A stretch of DNA of 64,000 nucleotides, from NCBI GenBank assembly GCA_036785375.1, contig JAWMAR010000070.1, positions 4,340,001 to 4,404,000 of the forward strand, in the 5' to 3' direction. The DNA comes from Leucoraja ocellata. Lineage: Eukaryota. This document shows, piece after piece, positions 1-13,377 of the stretch (position 1 is the stretch's first letter; every line of letters begins with the position of its first letter). The notes below the pieces were generated by a model. The model saw only the letters and a program-made list of their open reading frames with translations. It was not told the DNA's origin and searched no databases. Both the position numbers and the translations under genes were made by a program.

Positions 1-3000
1 TTATCTCTGTACTGAGAGTCTGTTAACACTGAACTGTGGTGGAAATATTGACAGACAAAAAAAATGCAGGAGCAACTCTGCGGGCCCGTCAGCACCTCTG
101 GAGAAAATGGATAGATGACGTTTCGGGTCGGGACCCTTCGTGTAAACAATGATACGTTGTATAAAATATGACATTTACAAGAGTAAAAATTAGGTTCCAC
201 TGCGCCGTTTTGTACTGTATTAACTTCTAATAAAATAAACAAAAAAAAAAAAAGAGTAAAAACGTCTAAGATGTGTACACTTCCGGATCATTCTCTCTTG
301 ATGATTTTGTAAGTGGACCGGCAGACCAAAAACATGGAACTTTTGTTTTGGAATATTGCTGAAGTGATACACTTAGTGAAGTTAAAGCAAGTTAGAATAT
401 ACATGGTGAATTGAATTGTTAACTTGTCTTCTTCACAAGTGCTAATAAATTATCAGAGTTGTGGTCATGTACATTCCATTGGTTGATTTTGTACATCTGC
501 TTGCAACGATTTCATTCTGTAGGCAACTAGTTGTATTATAATATGACTTAATATCTGCTGCGGGCTATCGTTCTGGGTGTGTTACTTTCAGGGGAACAGT
601 GCAGTTTATTCGGGTTGTGTCCGTCAGTGGCATTGTTGTGTATCACGTGGTATGGATGTAACACACTGATGTGTCCGCCACTGATGTTAGCTGAGCGCTG
701 GCAACCCTCAGTAAATTATCTTTTGTTCGGAGCTATTTCCTGTTTACTTGCCCAACTAAAAACACTGCAGAGAGGAACCGACGATGCAGTGAAACAATGT
801 AATCCTGTCTTCATTCGCCATTGACCCATGACTTCTGCAAACACTGCTCAGCAATCAGTGTTAGACCGAGCTGCTCGCAAGATGCGGTTCAGAGATACGA
901 ATCTACACACTCTTGTTTCAGCAGCGCGAGCAAAGTGTCAGCACTGCAGAACAATTCAGTGTAAAGGGAGAAATGACTGTTTGATCATATTAGATTCAAG
1001 TACATTGCAAATCAGCACCCACTGCTAAACACAACAGTGACATCGACCCGAAATGCCACCCGTTCTTTCCCTCGAGTGATGCCGCCCTTCCCGCGGAGTT
1101 GCTCCAGTATTTTGTGTATATCTGTGGCATCTCAGACCATTTATCTCTCATGATCTGAGAGGCACTTTGGGATGTCCTGCAGTGGGGAAATGATCCAACT
1201 CAAGATCATTCCTCCCATTAGACCATTAACAAGCTCAATTTGAACGGGCCAGGCAGCATCAATGTGACCACAGAATCTGCAAGTATCTCTGGCTATTCAG
1301 CACCCCTCGGATATCCCTGACCTGGGGGGTTGTGAGTTCAAAGCAGCCTCTGGTCTCATTTCCGCGTCTCCCCGCTTACTGTGTGGATAATATTTATCTT
1401 TGTCAGTGGGACATTTCAGCAATCTTTGAATCTTTCCGAACTTTATGGCGGTTACTCCGTTATTGCAGGTCACCATTTTGTATTCGCAAACAACCTCCTT
1501 CATAGTTCTTTCATGGGCGGGGCTACAGTCACGAGTCAGACTAAGGAAAGAAACACAATGTATTTGCAGTTTCACACCCCGCGCTTTGCAAGCTGCAACT
1601 CACCAATTTTGTTCTGCACAAGAATAGACTTTCCTCTAGTTTAGTTTAGTTTAGTTTAGTTTGAAGATACTGCGAGGAAACTGGCCCTTCCGCCCACCGA
1701 GTCCACACTGACCAGCAATCCCCGCACATCACACTACCCCACACACACTGGGGACGATTTACATTTATAGCAAGCCAATTAACCAACCGACATGTACGTC
1801 CTTGGAGATCTCGGAGAAAACACGATGTTATGGGGAGAACGTACAAACTCCGCACAGACAGCTCCCGCAGTCGGGATCGAACCCGGGTCTTCGGCGCTGC
1901 AAGCGTTGTAAGGCAGCATCTCTACCGTTGCACCACATTGGCCATTGTTTGTAGTCCTTTAACTCCTTTGCACGGTGGCAAAATGAACAACTCGTTGCAG
2001 CATTAAAATGTTTATCAATATTACGGTACTCAAAAGACGCGAACGTGGTGTGATATAGAACTCGTGTGAAAGGGTTGATTACTGGTTGACGTGGACTCGG
2101 TGGGCCAAATGGTCTGTATCCATGCTGTATCTTTCAATTACTTAATCCAAAAAAATTGTTAGAAACATAGAAACATAGAAAATAGGTGCAGGAGTAGGCC
2201 ATTCGGCCCATCGAGCTTGCACCACCATTCAATATGATCATGGCTGATCATCCAACTCAGTATCCTGTACCTGCCTTCTCTCCATACCCCCTGATCCCTT
2301 TAGCCATGTACAACATGCTGGAGTAACTCAGCGGGACAGGTAGCATATCTGGATGAAAGGAATGGGTGACGTTTCGGGTCGAGACCCTTCTTCAGGTTAA
2401 AGTCAGGGGAGAGGGTTAAGGAATAGTAAGGTGTGAAAACGGGACAAAGGGTTTGCAGATCAAAGGAAATGCAGAATAGGTCATTGTTAGCTGGGAGAAG
2501 GTAACAATAAAGTAATTAGAGTTAAAACGTAGTCGGAGACCGTCAGACTGATCGGATAACTGGGAAGGGGGGGGGGGGGGGGGGGTGTTGGATTGAGAGG
2601 GAATGCAAGGATTACTTGAAGTTAGATAAGTCACCGTTCACACCGCTGGGATGTAACCAACCCAAGCGAAAAATGAGGTGCAGTTCCTCCAATTTGTGCG
2701 GCAACTTACTCTGACAATGGAGGATGCCCAGGACAGGAATGTCAGTGTGGGAATGGGAGGGAGGAGGTACCGTGTTTAGCGACCGGGATATCAGGTAGGG
2801 GCGGACTCAACGGAGGTGTTCAGCAAAACGATCGCCGAGAAGCGAGAACAATCGCAGGCTCAGCAATCGTTTCGCTGAACACCGTCCCCCAGTCTGCCTA
2901 CCCCTACCTGATCTATCTACTGCTGCCGCCTGCCACGCTGAGTTACCCCAGCAATTTATGTCTATCTTCAGTTTAAACCAGCATCTGCAGTTCCTTCCTA

Positions 3001-4154
3001 CCTACAAATTAGTTGCATATCGGCAATGAAATCTGCACATGTTGGATGTGCTTAGCGCGTCAGTCAGCGTCTGTGCAGAGAAAAATAAGGCTAATAGTCA
3101 GAACAATGCCGTTGCATAATTTGGGTCTGATGGGATAGCATAGTCTGAAAGATTAATTGAATGCCTTCCCAAATCGCCTTTAATGTATGGCAACAAGAGG
3201 AATATCCAGCAGTCTAATCAAAACAAATTAGACAAACCGTTTATTGACAACAACCATTTATTAAGAAGCATTCTGTTGCATTATTATTCATTAATCTGTG
3301 AAAAAAAAATCCAGGAAATTGTATGCATATAATATAGTTTAACAGAGGATAAAACTCTGAAGCAGCAGAAACCACGCAAAGGTTAAAACAATAGTTCGAA
3401 GCTGACGAAAGAAACCTTGGAAGAGGTGGCAAAAAATTAAGATGGTGCAAGCTAGGAGTCTTCATTGTAATTCGTGGGTCGAGTGGCGAGGTTCTGTGTC
3501 ATCGCGTCTCTGCAAAAGACAATGTGAAGTCATCAGACAGACTGACAGTGGGAACCACGCTTTATTTGTCCCGGCCACTCCCAACACATTGTTGTCTGCA
3601 AGATGCTAACCCACGAATTAGTTAATCCCATGCCAACGATCCCACACCGGGCACAGAAATCCACCCTGCACGCGTACAACCTGACAGAACCTCGTGATAT
3701 CATCTACATAGAGATTTGGTTTAACTTCAGGATATGAAAACGTGCACGATTTCTGTTTCTATTTATGGACAGGATATATGAAAGCATCAATGGAAACCGT
3801 TTGGAAACACTCGGCGAAGAGAAGGGATTGCTTTGGGCGAATCCCTTCTGGTGAATCTATGGATTTCATTGCCACGGGAGGCTGTGGAGGCCAAGTTAAT
3901 TCACACCGGAGATGCTGCCTGTCCCGCTGAGCTACTCCAGCATTTTTGTATCTGTCCAAATTAATTGATATTTTTTAAGGCGGAGATTTTCATTTTCTTG
4001 ATAAATAAGGATATCAATGGTTACGGGGAGAAGGCAGGTGAATGGGATCGAGTGAAGGATAGATCAGCCGTGATTGGGGGCCGATTAGATATGATGGGCT
4101 GAATGGCCTAATTCTGCTCCTATAATTTATGAACATGATGACAATAAAACCTAC

Positions 4155-4245
4155 CTTAGAGCCTCTTGTGAGCACCGCGGTTGAGATACTCCAGATCACA
4201 AGCAGGAGAAAGAACATCCAGCGCCCCACTTCCCATGAGATGTAA
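4155..4245 (-). CDS. Gene C transmembrane exon with Arg (YISWEVGRWMFFLLLVIWSISTAVLTRGSK)
   Basis: tatttcttgccctttgcccag acceptor, TAAG|GTAGGT donor; hydrophobic segment; protein identical in gene B. Confidence 0.8.
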
Positions 4246-4313
4246 CTGGGCAAAGGGCAAGAAATACGGAGTCAATGGGAGGAAACGAGACGGTTAATCT
4301 TTGAAGCATTTAC

Positions 4314-4379
4314 CTGTTATTTGCTTCATAATCTTGGTGAAGAGGAGCGCGGCGAAGCGGCAGCGTCAGTGGAGACCAT
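4314..4379 (-). CDS. Gene C 66-nt stalk exon (WSPLTLPLRRAPLHQDYEANNS)
   Basis: Phase 2-2; the other two frames contain stops; 68-nt intron to the TM exon. Confidence 0.55.
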
Positions 4380-5871
4380 CTTTGTAAAAGAACGGGTGTT
4401 GGACTGGGGGGAGGCGGGGGGGGGGGGGGGGGGACAACATATGACAACCAATTGTTTACCTCATTGCTGGGGCATGGCTACAAGACTGGGAATGAGAGAC
4501 TACGCGGTTAAATGGATTCAGAGAATACAGATAAATAAGTCATGAGTTGGGACAGTGAATACAAAACAGATGGACACAAAATGTTGGAGAAACACAGCGG
4601 GAGAGGCAGCATCTCTCTGGAGAGAAGGAATGCGTGAAGTTCCGGGTCGAGACCCTTCTTCAGACCGAGAGTCACGGGAGAGGGAACTGTGGATGTGGAA
4701 GGATACAAAGAACCCTGGAAGAAAGAAAATGCAGCTGCAAGGAAGATTATAATAAAATCATTTTGGATAGACAGGAATAATAAAAACGGATCAATTCCAA
4801 TAATGGAAGGGAGATGAGGCAATAAAAATGGAAACAGATGAGGCCAATTAATAAAGTTAATTAAAAAATGATTTTACTTAATCTCACACCCTGGATACTT
4901 CGTGGATCAACGCGGTAGGTGTGTGGATGGAGGAATTGTGCTCGAAAAATCGGTTAAAGGTTCGCTCATAACGGAGTGGCTTTCATGAACATTTGCTAAC
5001 GCAAGTATAACACAAGAGTGTGATAGAAAGTCAGATCTATTTGAATTGTGAGAAGATAAACAACAAAACGTTCCCACTTTCATGACTATATTATGATTGA
5101 ATATTTAATGGTTTCAAGTATCAACGAGTAAGAGAGAGTCAGTTAACTCATTTTGCTGTATTCGGATGAGGTGAGTGATGTAGCAATCATGTTGAATACT
5201 GCAGGGAGCGCTCTCTGAAAAGCATCAAATGGAGGAACTTGTTCTTATCATCCAAGCATGTACACAACACAATGAGATGTAAACCAGTGCGATTCCCATT
5301 CTGATAAGTTAACTAATAACTGGTTTGTAAGGTATATTTATTGTATTAAATAATATTTAATAGATACGTTTATATTTGGTGTCAGGCTTGAAACTTGTAC
5401 AACAATTGGTTATGCTTCATGACATTTAGGTTCATTGGATCAAAGACCCATAGAGAAACACAGGCCGTTCCGTCAACTGCATTCACATGATTCCTGTGTC
5501 AATCCTATTTTTATTTCCCCCACTTGCTCATCAACTACCACCCCCACCCCCACCCCCACCCCACCAATTCTTCACAGATTCAGCCACTCTCCTGTACACA
5601 TGGGGCAATTTACAACTGGCTCGTCTTTGGGAGCTGGGAGGAAACTGGAGCACTTGAATGAAACCAACACAATTAAAGGCAAAACATGCAGACCACGCAC
5701 AGACAGCTCCTAATGAACCAATGTCGTGGCGTTGTGAGACTGTGGTTCAACACTCTCACGCATTTAATGCCAGTGAAGAGAAGGCACAACTTTCTCCCAA
5801 TTAAAGCATTCCCCAATCAAAACACCAGCAATTAGTACATTGTAACTTTCATTGGAAACAGAGCATTTTAC

Positions 5872-5920
5872 CTTGCAGAGTAATTGGATGGTATCGAATT
5901 TTCACAATAATATTCAAGAC
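5872..5920 (-). CDS. Gene C 49-nt Cys linker exon (GLEYYCENSIPSNYSAR)
   Basis: ttccttgttccaacag acceptor, CAAG|GTAAAA donor, phase 1 to 2. Confidence 0.78.
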
Positions 5921-6116
5921 CTGTTGGAACAAGGAAATAAAAGTCAGTTTCACTGCTTTTCACTTGCAGTTGAACAAGTAGCTATGATTTTCCGATGCAA
6001 GGAGTTGATAGGCTTAACAGACAGGGCAATGCTTCTTCTGTGTGATTTGCAGCAAATGGGAGATGTTATCATGACAAGCAAGCGTGCTGGTAACAACTCT
6101 GGCTCCAGGTGTAGAT

Positions 6117-6310
6117 GGCACGGTGGCGCAGCGGTAGAGTTGCTGCCTTACAGCCAGAGGCACGGGTTCGATCCTGACCACGGATGCTGTCTGCACGGAA
6201 TTTGTAACTCCTCCCTGTGACCGCGTGGGGTTTCTCCAAGTTCTCCGGTTTCCCCACAGTCTGAACTCTTGCAAGTGTGTTGGTTAATTGGCTTCTGTAA
6301 ATTGTAAATT
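6117..6310 (+). mobile_element. tRNA-derived SINE (HE1/V-SINE-like); related copies at ~1660-1940(-), 19020-19300(-), 23460-23720, 45820-46010, 48600-48870(-), 50866-51065
   Basis: GGCACGGTGGCGCAGCGGTAGAGTTGCTGCC A-box and GGTTCGATCC B-box; (AGTTT)n tails on several copies. Confidence 0.7.
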
Positions 6311-6462
6311 GGGGTTATGGGGAGAAGGCAGGAGAATGGGGTGAAGAGGGGAAGATACACCAGCCATGATTGAATGGTCTATATCTGCTTCTATCACATG
6401 TGATTTTATGAACCACCCCACCCCCACTTCCCCTTCTTCTCCCCATCCCCTTCACTACTTAC

Positions 6463-6783
6463 CAGTGCCGTTGATTTTCACCAGGAAACTGCAGGACACG
6501 TCATTGCTGGAGATGGACACGTTGACCATTTCACTGGATTTTGATCCACGTTGATTTGAGGCTGTGCAATAATATTGATGGTGCTGGTGTTTGAAGGATT
6601 GACAATGTAGATCCAGGGCATTGTTGTCTGAGATCTTTGAATCCCCAGATGGGGTCTTTTCATACCAGGTGTAGTTAATGGGAAGCGATCCCCAGACCGA
6701 CTCACAGGACACTGTCACTGAGCCCCCGAGACAATAGACATTGGCTGGTGACAGACACCCGAGCACAGGAACAGACACGGGTT
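6463..6783 (-). CDS. Gene C C2b exon
   Basis: 321 nt, ACTG|GTAAGT donor. Confidence 0.88.
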
Positions 6784-7689
6784 CTGTGGGAAAGGAGCAA
6801 ACAGTCAGATACTGAGTGAACATCTGAAAATCAAACACTCGCCAATATCCACCATCTCTGGATCTTCGCCAGAGCCACCAGGTTGGAATCTGACCCATCC
6901 ATCTGCACGGAGTCATAGAGGCATACAGTGTAGAAGCAGGCCAACATGTCCATCCACACTAGTTCCACCTGCCCTTGCTTAGCCCATAAGCTTCCAAACG
7001 GAAGAGACCGTGCATTTACTCGATCTATTCGTCGCGTGATTTTGTAGCTGCCATAAGATCATCCCTCATCCTCCTGCTCTCCCAGAAAGTCCTAGTCTGC
7101 TCAATCCCTCCCTGGAGTTCAGGCACTCAAGTCATGGCAGCATCCTTGTAAATCTTCTCTGCACCCAATCTTACTTGATAGCATCTTTCCTATAACATGG
7201 TGATGAATACTGACCACAGAGCGGACATATCATCAGACAATCTTCGATTCTCTTTTACATTTCAGGAATTGCCAGCAGGAAAAAGGGAGCATTGTTTATA
7301 TAACTGTCGGACCCATCCCATCTACATAGATTCGTAGAGTCATACAGTAGAAACCTCGGCCTAACTTGCCCGCGCTGACCAACACGCCCAATGTACACTA
7401 GTTCCACCTGTCCTTTCATGGCCCTCAACCCTCTAAACATATCCTATTCATGTAACTGTCCAATATTTTCTGAAATGTTACGATAGTACCTGCCATAACT
7501 ACTTCCGTCAGCATTTCGTTTCATGGACCTACCAACCTTTGTGTAAACACGTTACTCGCCAGGTTCCTGTTAAATCATTCCCGCCTGATATGAAAACTAT
7601 GTCCTCTGGTTCCCTATTCCCCTACTCTGGGCAAAAGACTGTGTATTTACTCGATCTATTCCTCGCGTGATTTTTGTGATTTAAAAAAA

Positions 7690-8380
7690 AAATTTAATAA
7701 ATATTTTTATTTGAATCAATGTACAGTAGTATAAACCGTGTTTTACATATTACATTTAGTGTAAAACTTCTTGTTTTTAATTTATTAATAGAAAAGTAAC
7801 AGAAGCAAAAATGAGAAGGAGAGAGAAAGTTAAGTAGTGATATTGATAGTTCGTGAAAGAATAGATAGAAAGAACCCGTAAAGATATAAAGTCGTAAAAA
7901 ATCCGTGACCCCCCCTCCCCCCGAAAATTAAATACATTAATTAGTAAATAGAAATAAAAAATAGAAAATAAAATAAAATAATAAGAAAACAAAACAGAAA
8001 AAGAATAAAAGGGAGAAGGGATATACCTGCTTCATGTCTTTCCACACCCCTCGCCTAGTTCTGAAACAGTTAATTTCCAGGGTTATGTTGCACCATGTAC
8101 TTGGAATAAGTCGATAAAAGGAGACCAAATCTTTAGGAATTGGTCTGCTTTACATGCTAGGACGAATCTTATATCTTCGAGGTGTAACATTTCAGACATG
8201 CTTGAAATCCACATTTTACGCGTGGGGGTGGGTTCGTTGTTCAAGAATTTGAGTATACGTTTTTTTGCTGTTATCAAGCCGTGGTTAAGGAGAGAATTTT
8301 GGAACGAAATCAGCTTAGAGCCGGCTTCCATTGTTCCAAAAATAATCAATTCAGTGTTGGGGTCCAATTTTATTTTAAAC
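7690..8380 (-). mobile_element. L1/Tx1-like LINE 3' fragment (copies at ~25780-26450 and ~53210-55610, the latter interrupted by CR1)
   Basis: LIIFG...LITAKKRILK...FLKIWSPFI C-terminal signature; AT-rich 3' tail. Confidence 0.65.
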
Positions 8381-9093
8381 TCGCGTGATTTTTTTACCTG
8401 CAATAAAATCACCCCTCATCCTCCTGCGCTCCAAGGAATAAAGCCCTAATCTGCGCAACCCCTCCCTGTATAGCAGGCCCTCAAGTCATCGCAACATTCT
8501 TGTAAGTCTTCCCTGCTCCTTCTCCTCACAATCAATTTACCAGATTTATACATCTCTGTGTCTCTCCATTCTCCCAGCCGCCAGAACTACCATGTCTGGC
8601 ACTGGACCAGTACACAGCAGCACCATCTCTCTTTGTTTTACAATTCCAGCATCTGCAGTTAATCTTCTTTTAATCTGAAACTCTGCTTTTAATCTGAACA
8701 TTCAAACACTTCATTAGTGCAACAGTATCAACAACTTTTTAATTTCCTTGCATAAAATTGTTGATAGTGATAATGTTGCACAAATGAGGTGTGTGAATGG
8801 CGGTATTGTAGAATTGTGTGTAGGGAGCGAATGGGGAAGTGGAATAATATAAAACTAGTGTGACCGGTGATCGCTAGTTGGTGAGGATTCGGTGGGCCGA
8901 AGGATCCGTTTCCATGTTACATTTGTAAACTATTACTAAATATCCGGGTGAACATGTTTCTGTAAACTCTACAAACCGTTCACATCTTTTGTTTTATAAA
9001 GCGGCGACCAGACCTGTGCACCAGACTCCCACCTAACAAATGTTTTGCCCGTTGCCTAAGTGGAGACATCAAGTCACTCACTGAGAAACCTAC

Positions 9094-9405
9094 CTTCAGA
9101 TACTTGGAGATATACTTTAAATGTTGGTTCGCCAGGTGTAGTAATTCCACATCTGTACCATCCTGTATCAGCAGAGTGAAGATCCTCCACGGTCACAGTA
9201 AATATTCCTCGTGCCGGGTTATCTGTGATTGACACTGTTCCGTTCAGTCCACGTTTCCCATTTGTTTCCACTACATGTGTACACTGGCGACTTGTCCCAC
9301 GGCACCAGTATTTTGTGTGTGAGCGGTACACTGCTGCATAGTGACAATCGATTGTGATCGCTCTTCCCACAACCCCTCTTACTTCGCTCTCTGCCCACAG
9401 TGCAC
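9094..9405 (-). CDS. Gene C Ig V exon 4
   Basis: 312 nt; KYWCRGTSRQC, DTGWYRC. Confidence 0.9.
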
Positions 9406-10480
9406 CTGAAACTGAAGGAAACATCTTTCATAAATTGAAGAGCAAAATTACCCTTTCACAAACATATACATTAGAGTATAATGTACAGGGGAGTCTGCCC
9501 ACTTATTTTCTGAACTCTGTTGAATTCCACCTAGATTGCGATGAGAGACAGATACTGTACACCGTCCCTCACCATCTGCACAGGTCGTTCCAAAGCGCTT
9601 CCCAGCCAATGTGGGTGTGAATGGTGAAGAATGATGCATTGAACACGGAGCCTCTTGCAATTGGAAGGCGCTGTCTAGGGAGTCTTGGTCAGTTGCTGCA
9701 GTGCATCGTGCAGATGGTGCAAACTTCTGCTGCTCTGCATCAGCGGGGGGGGTTGAGGATGGGGTGTCTATCATGCGCGATTCTGGGTCATGACAAACCA
9801 AACACAAGTGTTCGGCGAAATTGTAGCATAGGCCAGTGCTTCTTAAACTGATGAATGGTTCACCCAAGGGCGAATAAAATTATTTTGGCGTAAATTAGTT
9901 AATTTATGTTTTTTGCTCATGTGACAAAACCAATTATCTATAAAATTATGCACAAGGGAAAATGCGATGATAATAACCAAAAGAACATAAGAACATTTAG
10001 TGGAGGGTTAATTAAATCTTGTAATAAAGACTCAAGGGCGAATGACACTGTAATAGTTTAAGAAGAACTGGCCTTGTATAAAATTGGTCTCGCTGATGTA
10101 AAACATTCACACTCTCTTCTGGACTTCCAATATGAGCGTCTCCACACCTACAGGGAAGTTCTTTTCAAAATTATCTTTGACAAAAGTAAGGGTTATACTT
10201 GATGGAGTGACGGCCAAGTAGATTCCAATTTAATTTTGTGAGATTACTGGAGTTTTACACAAATTAACATAGTTAAAATCATGAACATGATCATGAAATT
10301 GTACATCATTGGTTATAACTGATGATGGATCCAAACAGAATGAATTTGGTTTCTTTCTCTGTCTCAAAGTGCGGCAGCCAGAAAATAATGTTGATGGAAT
10401 GAACTGAACCCGCAGGTATTTCTCTCATTTGCTGAGATTTCTCACCAGCTCCCAGGTGAAAGACACAGGCAATCATTTAC

Positions 10481-10543
10481 CAGTCCCCCAAACAAATTCT
10501 CGCATTTTACACCATGAGCTCCCGGTGGCTGCAATGATGCCGT
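10481..10543 (-). CDS. Gene C 63-nt Cys linker exon (DGIIAATGSSWCKMREFVWGT)
   Basis: tttgcag acceptor, ACTG|GTAAAT donor, phase 1-1. Confidence 0.65.
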
Positions 10544-10625
10544 CTGCAAATAACAAGAAATCCATGAACATCACCTCAAGGCGAATGAATAGCAGCAGGT
10601 TCAGGGACACGAGAAGAACACTCAC

Positions 10626-10946
10626 CTGCATTGTTGATTTCTGTCACATAACTGCACGTTCCTGCTCCTTTGAAGACTTTCACGTTGAATATTTCACTGG
10701 ATTTTATCCCACGATTATTTGAGGCTGTGCAGTAATATTGACGATGTTGGCCTTCGAGGATTTCACAACTCAGATCCAGTTGATTGCCAGACAAGATCGT
10801 TAAAGACCCATCCTCGTTCTTCTCAAACCATGTGTAATTGATGGGAAAGGATCCACGGACAGACTCACACGACACTGACACTGAGCCTCCGAGACGTGAG
10901 GCATTTGCTGGTGACAGATATCTGAGCACAGGAGCAGACATGGGTT
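10626..10946 (-). CDS. Gene C C2a exon
   Basis: 321 nt, GCAG|GTGAGT donor. Confidence 0.88.
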
Positions 10947-11399
10947 CTGTGGGAATGGAGCAAACATTCAGTCACCTGTATGAACAGTTAAAAACCAAAC
11001 ACGTGCTAAATCTCAGCAGCCCTTTATCTCAGCCCGAACCGTCCGGTTGACATCTCACCGGCTCATCAACATCTCTGTGAGTGTGCGAAGCCCAGAAACT
11101 GAAGAAGGTTAGAGTTATAGAGAACCGAAAGATGCCCATCACAACAGCTCATTCATGCCGACCAACATGTCTTTCTGGACCATTTCCATATGTCCACGTT
11201 TCTCCCTTATCACTCGCAATGATCCCAATCTACGCAAATATCAAAAAAATATTTTAAATGCTGCTATTCTAACTGCCTTAACACCTTCCCCCTGGCAGCA
11301 GGTTCCATATAAATATCACCCAATGTGTGGAAAATGTTGTCCCTCAGAACATATGTTGGGATGTTACGTCCCTTTAAGATAGACACAAAATGCAGGAGT

Positions 11400-12140
11400 A
11401 ACTCGGCGGATTAGGCAGCATCTTTCGAGAGAAGGAATGGGTGACGTTTCGAATCGTGACCCTTCTTCAGCCTGAGAACCATGAGAAAGGGAGACAGAAG
11501 AGAAATGGAAGGGTACGGTGTGAAAACAAGTGATCAAAGGTGAAAATGTTTTAAAAAATGTAGAATGGATCATTGTCAGCTGAAGGGAAGGCATAGAATC
11601 AGTAAAATATAATCTGGAGGGCAGTGAAAATAATTGGAGGCTTCGGATGGGGCGGGATGGAGACAGGAGTAAAGCAAGGGTTACTTGAAGTTAGATAAGT
11701 CAATATTCAAACCGCTGGGTTGTAAGCTGCCCAAGCGAAATATGAGGTACTGTTCCTCCAATTTGCTTTTGGCCTCACTCTGCAGGGGAGGAGGTCCGGG
11801 ACAGAAAGATCAGTTTGGGAATGGGAGGGTGAATAAAGGTGTTTTGCAATCGGGATGTAGCGTAGGCCGAGGAACACTGTGCGGAATTGTTCAGCGAAAC
11901 GATCGCCGAGCCTGCGTTGGGTCTCCCATCTACTGTATCCGCTTGTTCACACCTGGAACAGCGGAAATAGTAGAGGAGGTTAGAAGAGATGCAAATGAAC
12001 CTCTGACTCACCCGGAAATACTGTTGGAACCTTGGACGGAGTAGAAGCGGGATATATAGGGACTGGTGTTGCATCTCCTGCAGTTGTAGGGGAAGGTATC
12101 TGGGGACGGGGTGGGAAAGGACGAGTTGACCAGTGAGTTG
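11400..12140 (-). mobile_element. Penelope-like (GIY-YIG) element fragment (copy at ~58610-59370)
   Basis: FRVSQRFICISSNLLYYFRCSRC remnant; flanked by the gacccttcttcag/gagtaactc repeat found throughout the window. Confidence 0.55.
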
Positions 12141-12442
12141 CGGAGTCTGTCGGGTTATTAGTTTGAGTCGGAATGCAAACCTCTGACAGGGTGACATTTC
12201 ATACAGTTCAGAGGCAGGGAAATGTGTTGAGCATCCCACTTGAAGTGGGTGGCCGCTCAGTGGAACAGAGCCCGCACTGGGTGAGAGCAACATGAGTGGG
12301 GTTTCCCGACCCCCGCCCGTTCCCCGCAGGTCTCTGCACTGCTGCGGAGCCTCGGGATATCGGTGCTGCCCTGACCCTTCCCGGAGAGAACATGGATCAG
12401 GCATTTCAGTGGAGACGTCAAGTCAATCGCTGCGAAACGTAC

Positions 12443-12757
12443 CGTCAGATACTTGGAGATGTACGTTAAATATTGGACGGTCGCCAGGTGTAGTAATTCC
12501 ACATCTGTACCATCCTGTATCTCCAGAGTGAAGATCCTCCACAGTCACAGCAAATATTCTTAGTGCCGGTATATCTGTGATTGACACTCTTCCACTCCGT
12601 CCGTTTTGGCCATTTGTTTCCACTGAATCTGTACATGGGCGATTCCTCCCACGGCACCAGTATTTTGTGCGTGAGCGGTACTCTGCTGCATAGTGACAAT
12701 CGATTGTGATCGCACTTCCCACAACCCCTCTTACTTCCCTCTCTGCCCACACTGCAT
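12443..12757 (-). CDS. Gene C Ig V exon 3
   Basis: 315 nt; KYWCRGRNRPC. Confidence 0.9.
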
Positions 12758-12929
12758 CTGAAACTGAGGGGAGAAACTTTCAGATGGACCACAGATCAAA
12801 CAACACTTGTTCCTCACTGGGATTATTAGTTTGAGTCTGAATGCAAATTTCTGACGGGTGACATTTCATACAGTTCAGAGGAAGGGCAATGCGCTGAGTA
12901 TTCCACTTGAAGTGAAAAGTGAAGTTAAA

Positions 12930-13340
12930 TGCCACTTTTCAAGAAAGGAGCAAGAGAGAAAACGGGAAATTACAGACCAGTTAGCCTGACTTCGGTGCGG
13001 GAAAGGTGCCGGAGTCAATTATTAAAGAGGTAATAATGGGGTATTTGAATAGCAGTAAAATAATTAGTCCAAGTCAGCATGGATTTATGAAAGGAAAATC
13101 ATGCCTGACTAATCTTCGGGAATTTTTTGAGGATGTGGCAAATAAAATGGAGGAAGGTGAGCCAGTGAATGTAGTGTATCTAGACTTCAAGAAATCCTTT
13201 GATAAGGTTCCGCACGGCAGACTGGTGACTAAATTGAGAGCGCATGGAAGGGTGTTGACGTGGATAGGAAATTGGTTGGCAGACAGGAAGCAAAGAGTAG
13301 GAGTGAACGGGTCCTTTTCTGAATGGCGGGAAGTGGCGAG
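12930..13340 (+). mobile_element. CR1 RT fragment in the V2-V3 intron (copy at ~60550..60960)
   Basis: SQHGFMKGKSCLTNL...YLDFKKSFDKVPH. Confidence 0.8.
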
Positions 13341-13377
13341 TCAGTGGAGACGACAAGTCAATCGCTGCGAAACGTAC

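Larger units (their letters stand above)
1..6300. repeat. Segmental duplication copy (activating 3' module plus next gene's upstream region), offset ~17.34 kb from 17340..23645
   Basis: Near-identical sequence and paired ORFs (579/17939, 1297/18657, 4014/21371). Confidence 0.9.

Noticed and set aside
579-1855. Small ORFs duplicated at 17939..19350
   Set aside because: No recognisable domains; disrupted in the third copy (~37160-38000); intergenic or SINE-derived.
6117-6190. tRNA genes
   Set aside because: The A/B boxes run straight into SINE bodies and tails; no complete cloverleaf.
6455-6462. Stop directly after the C2b donor (...GTGK*) as evidence that B and C are purely secreted
   Set aside because: The same read-through stop exists in gene A, and phase-compatible linker and TM exons lie downstream.
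10110-10150. Conserved block resembling a mini-exon (GVETLILEVQKR; copies near 28190, 40110, 57350)
   Set aside because: No consistent donor or phase among the copies.
11775-12404. 209-aa ORF repeated at 59007..59636 and partly at 29747..30190
   Set aside because: Intronic; a chance join of intron sequence and a Penelope-like fragment, conserved only because the duplication is recent.
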